Positions 8,901 through 17,316 of a stretch of 55,656 nt of DNA are shown here, one piece after another (position 1 is the stretch's first letter; each line of letters begins with the position of its first letter). Position numbers and translations under genes: made by a program. The notes beneath the pieces were generated by a model. The model did not search any database, was not told the DNA's origin, and saw only the letters and a list, made by a program, of their open reading frames with translations. Origin of the DNA: a virus (lineage: Duplodnaviria > Caudoviricetes); the IMG/VR virus record IMGVR_UViG_3300037882_002905, positions 1-55,656 of that record; one strand, 5' to 3'.

Positions 8901-9369
8901 CATGGGTGACCATCCTCGTTTCATGGTGGTGTTTGACACGCCCAACTGGAAAGAAGAGAAGGCGGGCATGCTTCTTGAAGGCGACAACGCCCTGATTGTT
9001 AAGGCGGCGCTCAAAGACATTGGCCTCAAGCCGTCAGACGGCTACTACACGACGCTGGTCAAGTCCATGAAGCCAAAGGATCAAAAGATGCTCTCGAATG
9101 AGCAGATCAATGGCTGTTCGAAGTGGCTCAAGGAAGAAATCGCAATCTTAAAGCCGCCCGTTATTGTGGCAATGGGTAGCAATGCGATCCGCTTTTTCAG
9201 TCCAGGTATCAAGGGGACTCCGTCTGACCTGGCGGGCAAGGCCATCTTCAATGCCGATCTGGACGCGACCATCATCTTCGGAATCAACCCCGCAACCCTG
9301 TTCCACAATCCGGGCAATGTCAAGCTGATCACAGCGGCATTTGACAAGCTCGGAGAACTTCTCTCTTAA
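5980..9369 (+). CDS. dnaE: DNA polymerase III alpha subunit with C-terminal uracil-DNA-glycosylase-like domain
   Basis: GPGRGSVGGSLVAY, LLFERF, PDADLDF, KIDILGL, GVFQF, GYGFNKSH; PHP-like N-terminus; last ~170 aa resemble family-4 UDG. Confidence 0.95.
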   Translation: MNPLQVALSVRTDYSLGESSFQIGKIIEQAKKLQLTHIGIADYMTVSAMPTLAEKAKKAGIEIITGVTIQVVDDPVAKIKDRENNGYRLKVYSKTEKGTHAIFAALSKSLEPDNFYYHPRLGLDDVLALEDVVVTTGDTHSLWRHPDFQVIHHKLLERFGSDLYEELVAINTPLYDKMNQIALKMAPNPNNVIITRPSFYAEPDDADATDVLRAITSNTPMSSNFLARPYTRDMCLMSPLQMVRQSREAIHRSSAQAAVAGVSASTALTSMTLLAEKCSYRFKKMAPSMPKMAPDEFKALCAAVAVGWKDRLSSPVWGHQPAEAELPVYRERLKFELAVLGKMGFSGYFLLVQDIVKWSKDSGILVGPGRGSVGGSLVAYLMGITDIDPIRFDLLFERFINPDRTDLPDADLDFMSGKRHMVVDYIISKYGKENVAGIVNFSTLGAASALRDTARLHELDPWEYACSKQMEKEHGVSVGLTESAERVPDIEKFKNERPVLWDFALRLEGSNRSLSQHAAGVIVSGEPVVNRAVVSTRGELPVVQWDKTQVENFGLIKIDILGLNTLDLIDTALDYVKGRHGKSIDILKLPLDDEYVLQAFAKGDSTGVFQFSGAGMKKLLREMAMGGPLTFEDLCAATALFRPGPLDAGMCDRYVQVKQGATVPHYEHPLLEECLSETFGVIVYQEQVMKICRVLAGMTPGQADSVRKAMGKKDAEKMAEYKTIFIEGASKSGMAPSAADQLWENIAGFAGYGFNKSHSYEYTLLSWVTMWLKVHYPAEFFAAAMTVIDDDDKLAPLVTDAQSRKLQVLPPDLNKSSARIEIEGEDKLYAPFQAIKGISSNVSAAIVKLREYGNHDTGCLAGVFTRSAKGDIMELDPIIQKIVLGGVKVNVTAREKLARVGAFHSIDGIGHKATHPDRLKDRLELCPGFTVDMVKPDRVLSVDHITKLKITAMIQGTKTCDGCSLRGAPHPLPRMGDHPRFMVVFDTPNWKEEKAGMLLEGDNALIVKAALKDIGLKPSDGYYTTLVKSMKPKDQKMLSNEQINGCSKWLKEEIAILKPPVIVAMGSNAIRFFSPGIKGTPSDLAGKAIFNADLDATIIFGINPATLFHNPGNVKLITAAFDKLGELLS

Positions 9370-9381
9370 CCAAAGGAAACC

Positions 9382-9903
9382 ATGACCATCGAAAAAACTG
9401 TTGAGCCGGCGCTCAACGACTTCATCGACGCCGAGCAATTCAAGAAGGACCTGTCCTTTAATCTGGCAGACTTGACGACCGCCATGCAGAAGCATTCTGG
9501 CTTCTATGCCCACTACGCCGGCCAGGCGGTCCGGGCAAAGCGCCAGTATGACATTCAGGTCAAGAAGCTGGAGATTCTGGAGTCGAGGCTGGATCGCGAG
9601 TATCGTGCCAGCTTCAAGGAGCGGGCCGAGAAGGTCACTGAGCCTCAGATTCGTTCGTCAATCGTTACTGACTCTCGCTACATCGCCGCAAGTCTGCGCG
9701 AAATCAATGCGCGGAGCATCTATGACCTGTGCCGAAGCTGTGAACGCAGCTTCGATCAGCAGAAGGACTTGTTGCTTCAGATTGCCCGGGACGCCGCACG
9801 CGAGGGCGCTGGCAATTTGCGCGTAGTGGCCAATCAAACCAGCCGCGAACGCATTATGGAGGCAATGAAGCACAACGCCGCCGGCGCTGAACCTGCCGCA
9901 TAA
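9382..9903 (+). CDS. UvsY-like recombination mediator (putative)
   Basis: Helical protein with KVTEPQIRSSIVTDSRY motif; lies next to SSB and RecA genes. Confidence 0.55.
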   Translation: MTIEKTVEPALNDFIDAEQFKKDLSFNLADLTTAMQKHSGFYAHYAGQAVRAKRQYDIQVKKLEILESRLDREYRASFKERAEKVTEPQIRSSIVTDSRYIAASLREINARSIYDLCRSCERSFDQQKDLLLQIARDAAREGAGNLRVVANQTSRERIMEAMKHNAAGAEPAA

Positions 9904-9906
9904 ATA

Positions 9907-9937
9907 AGTCATCAGTGACTGATTTCCGCACTATAAT
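9907..9937 (+). promoter_or_regulatory. Operator plus CACTATAAT promoter
   Basis: AGTCA-tcag-TGACT 9907-9920; TATAAT 9932-9937. Confidence 0.75.
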
Positions 9938-10005
9938 GAAGGGGTGCAAATGAGAAGGGCGACCGACTCTAGCACTCCAAAAACCTCAACCCTTTCAAGG
10001 AAAAT

Positions 10006-10968
10006 ATGACAACCCTTCTCGAACTCCTGAAGCAAAAGAAACAAGACCTGGCTGCCAGCCGGCGTCGCAAGACTGTGAAGCCTCTTGACGGCAACACACG
10101 CTGGCGAATCCTGCCCTCATGGCGCGGTGAAGGTCAACAGTTCTGGCATGATTTTGGCCAGCACTTCGTCAAGAACAGCGCCAAAGAGCTCACTGCCATT
10201 TACATGTGTACTGACAAGACTTTTGGCAAGCCCTGTTCCATTTGCGACGCCATCAAGGCGGGCATCAAATCAGCCACCGACGAATCGACGATGGATCTTC
10301 TCAAAGAAGCTGCCAGCACAGGCCGTGTTCTGCTGAACGCCCTGCACTTGGATTCTTCGAAGCCCGAAGAGCGCGTCGAGCCTCAGATTCTTGAGCTGCC
10401 GCCCAGTGTCTTTTCGATGATTCTGGACATTGCCGCTGAGTGGGAAGAAGCTGGCGAATCGATCTTCGACGTGACCGCAGGCAAAGACCTGATCATCAAC
10501 CGCGTTGGCACTGGCAAAAACACAAAGTACACGGTTCAGGCCGGTGCAAAAGTGACTCCGGTTCCCGCTGGCGTGTTGGCCAAGTTGCATGACCTCGACG
10601 CTTACGTTCAGCAAGAGTCCAACGAACAGCAGCTTCGTGCCTTGAACTCGGTACGCTCTGTGACGGGCCTGCTCCCTGCGCCTTCTAGCTCTGGACTGCC
10701 TCCTGCAGCGGCGGCAATGGGCGCGGCAACCCTCGCTGAAGATGATGATCCGTATGCGGTTGCAAAGCCGCCATCAAAACCAGCGGCAGCTGCAAAGCCT
10801 GCCGCTGATGTTGAAGATGTTGTCGGTAAGCCATTGCCGAAGGCGGCAGCACCTGCACCTGCACCTGCGCCAGCACCAGCCGCTGTACCAGCACCAGCTC
10901 CAGCCGCATCACCGGAACCAACCGGCGATGACGAGCTTGACGCGATGTTGGCATCGCTCGGTAGCTAA
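10006..10968 (+). CDS. gp32-like single-stranded DNA-binding protein
   Basis: WRILP..H..C..C..C core, G.DL.I.R.G.G.NTKY, Ala/Pro linker and acidic tail DDELDAMLASL. Confidence 0.7.
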   Translation: MTTLLELLKQKKQDLAASRRRKTVKPLDGNTRWRILPSWRGEGQQFWHDFGQHFVKNSAKELTAIYMCTDKTFGKPCSICDAIKAGIKSATDESTMDLLKEAASTGRVLLNALHLDSSKPEERVEPQILELPPSVFSMILDIAAEWEEAGESIFDVTAGKDLIINRVGTGKNTKYTVQAGAKVTPVPAGVLAKLHDLDAYVQQESNEQQLRALNSVRSVTGLLPAPSSSGLPPAAAAMGAATLAEDDDPYAVAKPPSKPAAAAKPAADVEDVVGKPLPKAAAPAPAPAPAPAAVPAPAPAASPEPTGDDELDAMLASLGS

Positions 10969-10984
10969 CTCGGCCTGAAAAACG

Positions 10985-11012
10985 AGGGAGAGCTTCGGCT
11001 CTCCCTTTTTTT
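10985..11012 (+). terminator. Intrinsic terminator
   Basis: agggagagc-ttcg-gctctccct followed by a T run. Confidence 0.85.
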
Positions 11013-11028
11013 CTATCAAGGAAAACAA

Positions 11029-11982
11029 ATGCAGAATCACGTCGTCGTGGTGGACGGGAATTCCATCGCCCATGCCAATCACAATGCGAATGTCCTGACC
11101 GTTGGGACTATGCAGGTTCAGGCTATCTTCGGGATGCTCAAGTCACTCCGGGCTATTCTGCAGGGCATCCCTGGCGAAAAGCGATTGATTACCTTTTGGG
11201 ACGGTAAGGCGGAGTTTCGCAAGGAACTTTTCCCTGAGTACAAGGGCAATCGGGAGGCGATGACCCCAGAGGAAGAAGCCAGCAAGGCAGCTTTTCAGCG
11301 ACAAACTCCTTTCATTGAGAAATCTCTGGAGCTTCTAGGTGTGCGGCAGTACCGCTCTCCGCTCCTTGAGGCAGATGATCTGGCGGGGCACATCATTCCG
11401 CGTCTGAGCGCTGCCGGCACGAAAGTGACCATGATCTCCGGCGACAAGGACTGGATTCAACTGGTCGATGAAAACGTCACTTGGGTGGACCCAATCCGTG
11501 CCCGCTCGGTCAACATGAGCAATTTCCTGGAGTTCACAGGCTATTTCAATAGCGCTGCGTTTGTTCAGGGCAAAGCACTCGTTGGCGATAACTCCGACAA
11601 CATCAATGGCATCTACAAGCTTGGCGATGTGACTGCTCAGATGTTGCTGGCCGAGTGGAAGGACATGAACCTGTTCTTCAAGGCAGTGGACGACGGCACC
11701 TACACGCCCAAGACACGTAAGTCTAAGACGGCCGCAAGCCTGCACCCTGAGCAGCTTCTGGCATCCCCGGAAGGACGAGCCCTGTTCCAGCGTAACGTCA
11801 AGCTGATGGACCTGCGTCTGTCTCGCAAGCCTGCGCCTGGGGAAATGGTCATTCGCGATGGCAAGGCCGACATTGCAGCTTTCGAGTTGTTCTGTCACCG
11901 CATGGCCTTCAGGTCAATTCTGGCCGAATGGGGAATGTTCCTCAAGGCATTCAATCTTCAACCTCTCAAGGAATCAAAATGA
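11029..11982 (+). CDS. 5'-3' exonuclease / T4 RNase H-like flap nuclease
   Basis: VVDGNS, FRKELFPEYKGNR, EADD, SGDKDWIQL, LVGDNSDNINGI. Confidence 0.92.
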   Translation: MQNHVVVVDGNSIAHANHNANVLTVGTMQVQAIFGMLKSLRAILQGIPGEKRLITFWDGKAEFRKELFPEYKGNREAMTPEEEASKAAFQRQTPFIEKSLELLGVRQYRSPLLEADDLAGHIIPRLSAAGTKVTMISGDKDWIQLVDENVTWVDPIRARSVNMSNFLEFTGYFNSAAFVQGKALVGDNSDNINGIYKLGDVTAQMLLAEWKDMNLFFKAVDDGTYTPKTRKSKTAASLHPEQLLASPEGRALFQRNVKLMDLRLSRKPAPGEMVIRDGKADIAAFELFCHRMAFRSILAEWGMFLKAFNLQPLKESK

Positions 11983-12986
11983 GCTTCGCCGCACTAGAAA
12001 AGGCACTGCTAGATGCAGTCGGCAGCAATGACATTCAGACCGAACCAAAGCATTGGCTCGATATGGGTTACCCGCCGCTGAATCACATTCTGTCGGGCCG
12101 CTACGACCGTGGATTGCCTTCGGGGCGCATCATCGAAATCTACGGGCCGTCGGCGTCGGGCAAGACGCTGCTCGCCACACAGGCCATGATCGCTGCGCAG
12201 AAGGCGGGCGGCATCGCCATCTTCATCGACTGGGAACGTGCGTTCAATGCCAAGTTTGCGGAAGAGCTCGGGTTGGACACCACGTTCCCCAAATTCATCT
12301 ACAAGCGTTCCAAAACTTGGGAAGAGGGCAATACCGCAGCTATGAAAGTGGCTGAGACTGTTCGCAAGGGTAAGCATATCGCTGAAGACGCGCCAATCGT
12401 GGTTGTATTCGACTCTGTGGCAGCCGCAGTGCCCAAGTCAATGGCCGAAAAGGAAATTGACGAGTACACCATGAACGACACCACGGCTCTTGCGCGAGTG
12501 TCCTCAACCACTCTCAAGTCCGTCAACCAGCACGTTGGCGAATTTGAAGTGACGGCGATCTACTTGAATCAGATTCGGACCAAGCCCGGAGTCGTCTACG
12601 GTGACCCAACCACGACGCCAGGTGGCGTCGCAATGGAGTTCTACGCATCTGTGCGTATTGCTCTGGGTGCCAAGAAGATCATGGGCAAGGACGCCGCAGG
12701 TGACAAGGAGTTCCTGGGTCGTTTGATCGGGATGGAGACCAAGAAGAATAAGGTCAGCCGCCCGTTTCAGTCCACTGATCTGCGCCTGGTCTACGACGAA
12801 GAAGGCCGCGCACACTTCGACAAGACGCTCGGCATGCTGGAACATCTGGTGGCCATTGGCAAGTTAGAAGAGAAGGGTGGCCGCATCATCTGGATCGACG
12901 GCAAGTCTTTCTTCAAGTCTGTGCTGTCAAAACAGATTGATGACACAGGCACTCAAGCGGAACTCGTGAAACTCCTGCCCGTTTGA
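11979..12986 (+). CDS. recA: RecA/UvsX recombinase
   Basis: GRIIEIYGPSASGKT, FIDWE, VFDSVAA, LNQIR, TTPGG..MEFYASVRI; start at the ATGA overlap 11979. Confidence 0.92.
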   Translation: MSFAALEKALLDAVGSNDIQTEPKHWLDMGYPPLNHILSGRYDRGLPSGRIIEIYGPSASGKTLLATQAMIAAQKAGGIAIFIDWERAFNAKFAEELGLDTTFPKFIYKRSKTWEEGNTAAMKVAETVRKGKHIAEDAPIVVVFDSVAAAVPKSMAEKEIDEYTMNDTTALARVSSTTLKSVNQHVGEFEVTAIYLNQIRTKPGVVYGDPTTTPGGVAMEFYASVRIALGAKKIMGKDAAGDKEFLGRLIGMETKKNKVSRPFQSTDLRLVYDEEGRAHFDKTLGMLEHLVAIGKLEEKGGRIIWIDGKSFFKSVLSKQIDDTGTQAELVKLLPV

Positions 12987-13011
12987 GCCTTGTCCGCACT
13001 ATAGTGGTTGG

Positions 13012-13380
13012 ATGAACCCAACCATTAGTTTCTCATCTCCCCGGCGCGGCCTGTCGGGGAGATTTAATACCTTCCGCTTTGGCACTGGAGCAGCTAAAAA
13101 GCTGACACCGGGACTACAGGTGGATCTGATTGACGCTCGCTCTAAGAAGGTTCTCAAGCGCGCCGCGGTGACAGAGGTTCACGTGGGCAGCTTGAGGGAA
13201 ATGGCAGCACTGCATTCAGCTCATGCCCACAACTGGAAGGAGTTTCCAGAAGACGAGCGGGCTGCGCTGCTAACTGCCAGCATGCTCCGAAGGTTTAAGC
13301 ACTACGGGCCGATAAGGTGCAGCGAAGATTCAATCTGTTCAGTAATTTACCTCAAGGAAATTGAAAATGAAATTCTATGA
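13012..13380 (+). CDS. Hypothetical protein, possibly ASCH/PUA-like
   Basis: NTFR...PG..V.L......A.VTEV....HA pattern; weak. Confidence 0.5.
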   Translation: MNPTISFSSPRRGLSGRFNTFRFGTGAAKKLTPGLQVDLIDARSKKVLKRAAVTEVHVGSLREMAALHSAHAHNWKEFPEDERAALLTASMLRRFKHYGPIRCSEDSICSVIYLKEIENEIL

Positions 13381-13612
13381 AGTCACTGCCGGCGATGAGC
13401 CAGAGTACGCAGCAACATTCGACGCCGCAAAAGATGTCATGAGGACTGCTGACCCTGCGTTCCGGCCAACCGTGACCATCACCGAAGTCGATGTGCCAAC
13501 CGACAAGGAAAATCTCTTGCTTCTCCTGAATGGCGGCACCTGGAAATCCACACTCGGCCGCCAGTGGAAGGGAACCGCGCGTGGTGGCGTCGTAGAAGTC
13601 ACTTCGACCTGA
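13367..13612 (+). CDS. Hypothetical protein
   Basis: AAGGA RBS; operon position. Confidence 0.65.
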   Translation: MKFYEVTAGDEPEYAATFDAAKDVMRTADPAFRPTVTITEVDVPTDKENLLLLLNGGTWKSTLGRQWKGTARGGVVEVTST

Positions 13613-13615
13613 GCC

Positions 13616-14080
13616 ATGATGCACGAGCGCAAGGTAGGGGAGCCGAAGCTGTCCAAGTGTGGGCAGCTTAACGTGCGCTCCGTCAAGGTTGGTAACCGCA
13701 GCTTCGGAACCATTGAGTCTAAAAGGCTCAAGCCTGGTGAGCGCCCCGAGGCAACCTACTGGGCTAAAGATGTGGTTCGGGTATCCGAGCGCGATCGTGG
13801 CCTGTGGGTCAATCGCGCCGCCCTTAAGGGTCTGTTGTCCTACGCCGTCAAGTATGTTGCCCTTCGTCAGGACGACGGGACAACCTACACCGCCTTGCTG
13901 TCAGACTTGACCGATAGCGCGAAAGTGGATACTGTCACCTATAAGCTGTATCTTGTCGCGCCATTCGAGCTATGGACGATTGAGAATCCGCCCATCGAAG
14001 ATGCATCCACAACACTGATGAAAAAGATGCGAATTGCCGGTCGCGGAAGTAAGTCATCCGTGACTGCTGCTGCAAAATAA
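13616..14080 (+). CDS. Hypothetical protein
   Basis: Fills the operon; operator AGTCA-tccg-TGACT (14052-14065) lies in its 3' end. Confidence 0.6.
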   Translation: MMHERKVGEPKLSKCGQLNVRSVKVGNRSFGTIESKRLKPGERPEATYWAKDVVRVSERDRGLWVNRAALKGLLSYAVKYVALRQDDGTTYTALLSDLTDSAKVDTVTYKLYLVAPFELWTIENPPIEDASTTLMKKMRIAGRGSKSSVTAAAK

Positions 14081-14102
14081 ACAATCGAGAAAAGAGGTTT
14101 AT

Positions 14103-14537
14103 ATGGCGAACAAGTTTGGTTTGGTCTGCAATACGCTGTTTCAGGGTCTGACGATGTCCAAAGGTGACATCTACGAAACCGAGGCAAAGGCGCGGGAAGA
14201 ATACGCGGACATGCGGCGCGAGCGATTGGCCTCTGACATGGAAGAGGACGATGATTTCAGCATCATCGAAATCGTTCAAGTCGGAGATGGCTGGCAGGAT
14301 CTATTTGGCGAAACCATCACGGTCACCGACGCAGGAACTGCCCCCATTTCCGGCCCGCTTGACGACCGCCTGAACGACATCTCGGAAGAGCTGCGTGACT
14401 CTACCGCCGAAGAGCGCGATCTGGCAAACGAGCAGTACGGAGATAACGACCTTCAGATCGATGATGACGCCAAGGTTGCTGAAATCGAGGGTACGGAAAA
14501 CATCTGGGTGCAAGCCTGGGTTTACGTGCGCAAGTAA
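14103..14537 (+). CDS. Highly acidic hypothetical protein
   Basis: GAGGT RBS; very D/E-rich. Confidence 0.7.
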   Translation: MANKFGLVCNTLFQGLTMSKGDIYETEAKAREEYADMRRERLASDMEEDDDFSIIEIVQVGDGWQDLFGETITVTDAGTAPISGPLDDRLNDISEELRDSTAEERDLANEQYGDNDLQIDDDAKVAEIEGTENIWVQAWVYVRK

Positions 14538-14568
14538 TGACCGCCTCAACCGTTGAAAGGAACTGCTC

Positions 14569-14808
14569 ATGAACATTGGAGAACTCCGCAAGCGTATCGA
14601 GGGCATGCCTGATGACGCCCCGGTTCTATTGGAATCTGGAGATCACTCTTACCGCGAGTGCGACTTCTTGGTAAATACAGCACTCCGCTTGAAAGGGTAC
14701 GGAAGTGGCGCGGAATGGACAGAGGATGTCTTCATTCCCAAATCAGGTGATGGCATCGGTGAAGTTACTGCATATGGCGTGCGAACGATTGCATTGGCGC
14801 TCGTATGA
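14569..14808 (+). CDS. Hypothetical protein
   Basis: AAGGA RBS; N-terminus IGELRKRIEGMPDDAPV is typical of small phage proteins. Confidence 0.7.
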   Translation: MNIGELRKRIEGMPDDAPVLLESGDHSYRECDFLVNTALRLKGYGSGAEWTEDVFIPKSGDGIGEVTAYGVRTIALALV

Positions 14809-15212
14809 TTGTTTCAACCGCCGCCCTTTGTTTGGCGATCAACATTTTCATGGAGTCCAGGGGCGAGCCAATCCCGGGACAGTACGCTGTGGCTCTGGTC
14901 ACAATGAACCGAGCGAAGCAAGACCCGGAGCGCGTCTGTGCAGAGGTCTTCGAGGCGAAGCAATTCAGCTGGACGATCAGTGGCGCGAAGAAAGTCAAAG
15001 GCGGCTGGAAAGTCGCAACGCCAACTGACGCACACGCTTGGTGGGTGGCGCAGCGGATCGCTGAGGTCACATTGTCAGGACGCATGTACGACATTACCGA
15101 CGGCTCTAAGTTCTTTCACACCACGGCCGTTCGCCCTTATTGGGTCGCCAGTATGCGGAAGACAAAACGCATTGGCGGGCATATTTTTTACACAGCCGTT
15201 AGTCAGTCATAA
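14805..15212 (+). CDS. SleB-like cell wall hydrolase (Hydrolase_2)
   Basis: CLAINIFMESRGE..GQYAVA.V..NR, QFSW, FFH...V.P.W, IGGHIFY. Confidence 0.9.
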   Translation: MIVSTAALCLAINIFMESRGEPIPGQYAVALVTMNRAKQDPERVCAEVFEAKQFSWTISGAKKVKGGWKVATPTDAHAWWVAQRIAEVTLSGRMYDITDGSKFFHTTAVRPYWVASMRKTKRIGGHIFYTAVSQS

Positions 15213-15229
15213 CTGACTATCACTATAAT
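15205..15229 (+). promoter_or_regulatory. Operator plus CACTATAAT promoter
   Basis: AGTCA-taac-TGACT 15205-15218; TATAAT 15224-15229. Confidence 0.75.
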
Positions 15230-15265
15230 GACAGGGCGCAAGGTGCGCTATTTTAGGAAAACCCA

Positions 15266-16351
15266 ATGAAGCCATTTGGTCTTATGGCTGATCTGCATCT
15301 TCATGCATGGTCGGCATTCTCAAGCACATTGCCCAGCGGACTAAACAGTCGCCTCAGCGGCCTCTTGTCAGAAATACGCCGCTGTGCAGGTGAGGTGAAG
15401 GCCGCCGGCGGCGACACCATCGTGCTCGCTGGTGACATCTTCCACGTTCGGGGTTCGGTTTCCCCAACCGTGATGAATTCCACACGTGATTGCCTCATTC
15501 AAATTTACAGGGAATTGGGCGTCAGTTTCCAGATCATGCCCGGCAACCATGACCTTGAGAGTAAAGAGTCCACGCGACTGTCAAGTGCCGTAACGAGTCT
15601 TGAAGGCGAGGGCGTCTGGATTACCAATGCGCCCAACTACATCAAGGCGTCTCGTACCGCGCTAGTTCCGTGGGTGGAGAACATCGACGACCTGAAAGCC
15701 GCAATCGCAGAGCTAGGCACTGGTGTTGGTGTGGACAAGTTTCTACGCGCAAACACCGACCTGATCATTCACGCTCCAATTGACGGCGTAATCAAGGGTC
15801 TGCCCAATTGTGGTCTCGATCCAGAGTACCTCGCCGCCCTTGGATTCAAGCGCGTGTTCGCTGGCCACTACCACAATCACAAGTGTTTCGATGGCTCTGT
15901 CTATTCGATTGGAGCGCTCGCTCACCACACTTGGAGCGATGTGGGTACAAAAGCGGGTTACTTGATCATCCACGAAGACCGTGTTGAATATCGCAAGTCT
16001 CACCTGCCTGAGTTTGTTGACCTGAATCAGCTTGTTGACATCGAGCCAGAGACTATTCCGTTCGTGGTTGATCACAACTATGTCCGCGTCAAAGTTGAAG
16101 CCTCGAAGTCCCGGGACGTGGAAGCCGCGCGCCAGGAGTTGCTCGACATGGGTGCTTTGGCGGTGATCGTTCAGGCGCAGCCCAAGCCACCCGAGCGCAC
16201 ATCGACGGCGACGCGACCCACTGTCGCCAGCGGAGCCTCGCTTGAAGTCTCCGTCAACGATTTCATCAAAGGTATGCCTGACATCGACCAGGCAGAAGTA
16301 GCGAAAGCCGCAATGAGCGTGCTCGCATCCGTAGATTCAGCGGGAGACTAG
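15266..16351 (+). CDS. SbcD/Mre11-like metallophosphoesterase nuclease
   Basis: ADLH, AGDIFH, PGNHD, GHYH motifs. Confidence 0.9.
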   Translation: MKPFGLMADLHLHAWSAFSSTLPSGLNSRLSGLLSEIRRCAGEVKAAGGDTIVLAGDIFHVRGSVSPTVMNSTRDCLIQIYRELGVSFQIMPGNHDLESKESTRLSSAVTSLEGEGVWITNAPNYIKASRTALVPWVENIDDLKAAIAELGTGVGVDKFLRANTDLIIHAPIDGVIKGLPNCGLDPEYLAALGFKRVFAGHYHNHKCFDGSVYSIGALAHHTWSDVGTKAGYLIIHEDRVEYRKSHLPEFVDLNQLVDIEPETIPFVVDHNYVRVKVEASKSRDVEAARQELLDMGALAVIVQAQPKPPERTSTATRPTVASGASLEVSVNDFIKGMPDIDQAEVAKAAMSVLASVDSAGD

Positions 16352-16355
16352 GTCT

Positions 16356-16562
16356 ATGAATACAGCGAATCAATTTACTCCTGCTCAGTTGGAGAACTGG
16401 CACTCCTATGAAAAAGTGCGTCAGTCTGCGAAATTCAATATGTTCGACCAGCGGGCCGAACGCGCAGCAGGACTGACAAGCGACGAATACACATTCGTTA
16501 TGGACAATTTTGAAGCGCTTGAAGCCGCATACAACGCAACGCAAGGACAAAAGGCACCATGA
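16356..16562 (+). CDS. Small phage protein (DUF5049-like)
   Basis: VRQSAKFNMFD motif. Confidence 0.55.
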   Translation: MNTANQFTPAQLENWHSYEKVRQSAKFNMFDQRAERAAGLTSDEYTFVMDNFEALEAAYNATQGQKAP

Positions 16563-17125
16563 AAACTGGCATGCGCGATGCGCCCTATCTTGACAGCACT
16601 CCGAAGCTGCATGTTGGCAGCTCCTCTTTTGAGGACTGGTTTCAAGCTCACGAAAAAGCCTGCACTGGCGACAAGCAACTCGCTCGGGATGCCTACGCCG
16701 CTGGCATGGGTGACCCGCTGGTGACGTATGCAACGCCTTCGACGGAGGCGTTGCTGAAAGTCAAAACAGCGGACATGACAACACGCCAAATGAACTGGGC
16801 TGTGGCTATCTGTCTGGGGTTTACAGAATTTGACTTCTGGCACACCGGCGCCGTGACCACCCGCTATGAGAATGGCGTAACTGTTCATCACGCTTACTGC
16901 GACAACTGGGCACAAGGCGGGCCGATTATTGATCAGATGAAGTCCTACTGCCAGGAAAAGAACGAGGAAACTGGGGAGTGCTATTGCTCCACACTTAGTG
17001 TTGCAGAAGACTGGCACAACCACCCGGTAGCTGGTCTTGGCTCAACGCCGCTTATCGCAGCCATGCGTTGCTTTCTCGCGTCTAGGCTAGGTGACGAAAT
17101 TGGAATGCCGAAAGAACTGCAATGA
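16559..17125 (+). CDS. NinX/DUF2591-like phage protein
   Basis: NWAVA, NWAQGGPII, G.TPLIAAMRC. Confidence 0.7.
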   Translation: MKTGMRDAPYLDSTPKLHVGSSSFEDWFQAHEKACTGDKQLARDAYAAGMGDPLVTYATPSTEALLKVKTADMTTRQMNWAVAICLGFTEFDFWHTGAVTTRYENGVTVHHAYCDNWAQGGPIIDQMKSYCQEKNEETGECYCSTLSVAEDWHNHPVAGLGSTPLIAAMRCFLASRLGDEIGMPKELQ

Positions 17126-17316
17126 ACGAAATAGGTAAAGCAATTCCTTGGGTTGCCTTTTGGCTTGTGGTGGCTCTTTACATCTGGATCGAGCACAAGA
17201 TGTATTTGGCTGGGCACTCGACCCTCCTTTTTGAGCACAAGACTCCAGAAGAAAAACGCCTACGCGAGGCGGCAATTCGTAAGGCTGAAATAGAAGCAGG
17301 TGTGGAAAAGAAATGA
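17122..17316 (+). CDS. Small membrane protein
   Basis: Single hydrophobic segment; ATGA overlaps at both ends. Confidence 0.7.
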   Translation: MNEIGKAIPWVAFWLVVALYIWIEHKMYLAGHSTLLFEHKTPEEKRLREAAIRKAEIEAGVEKK

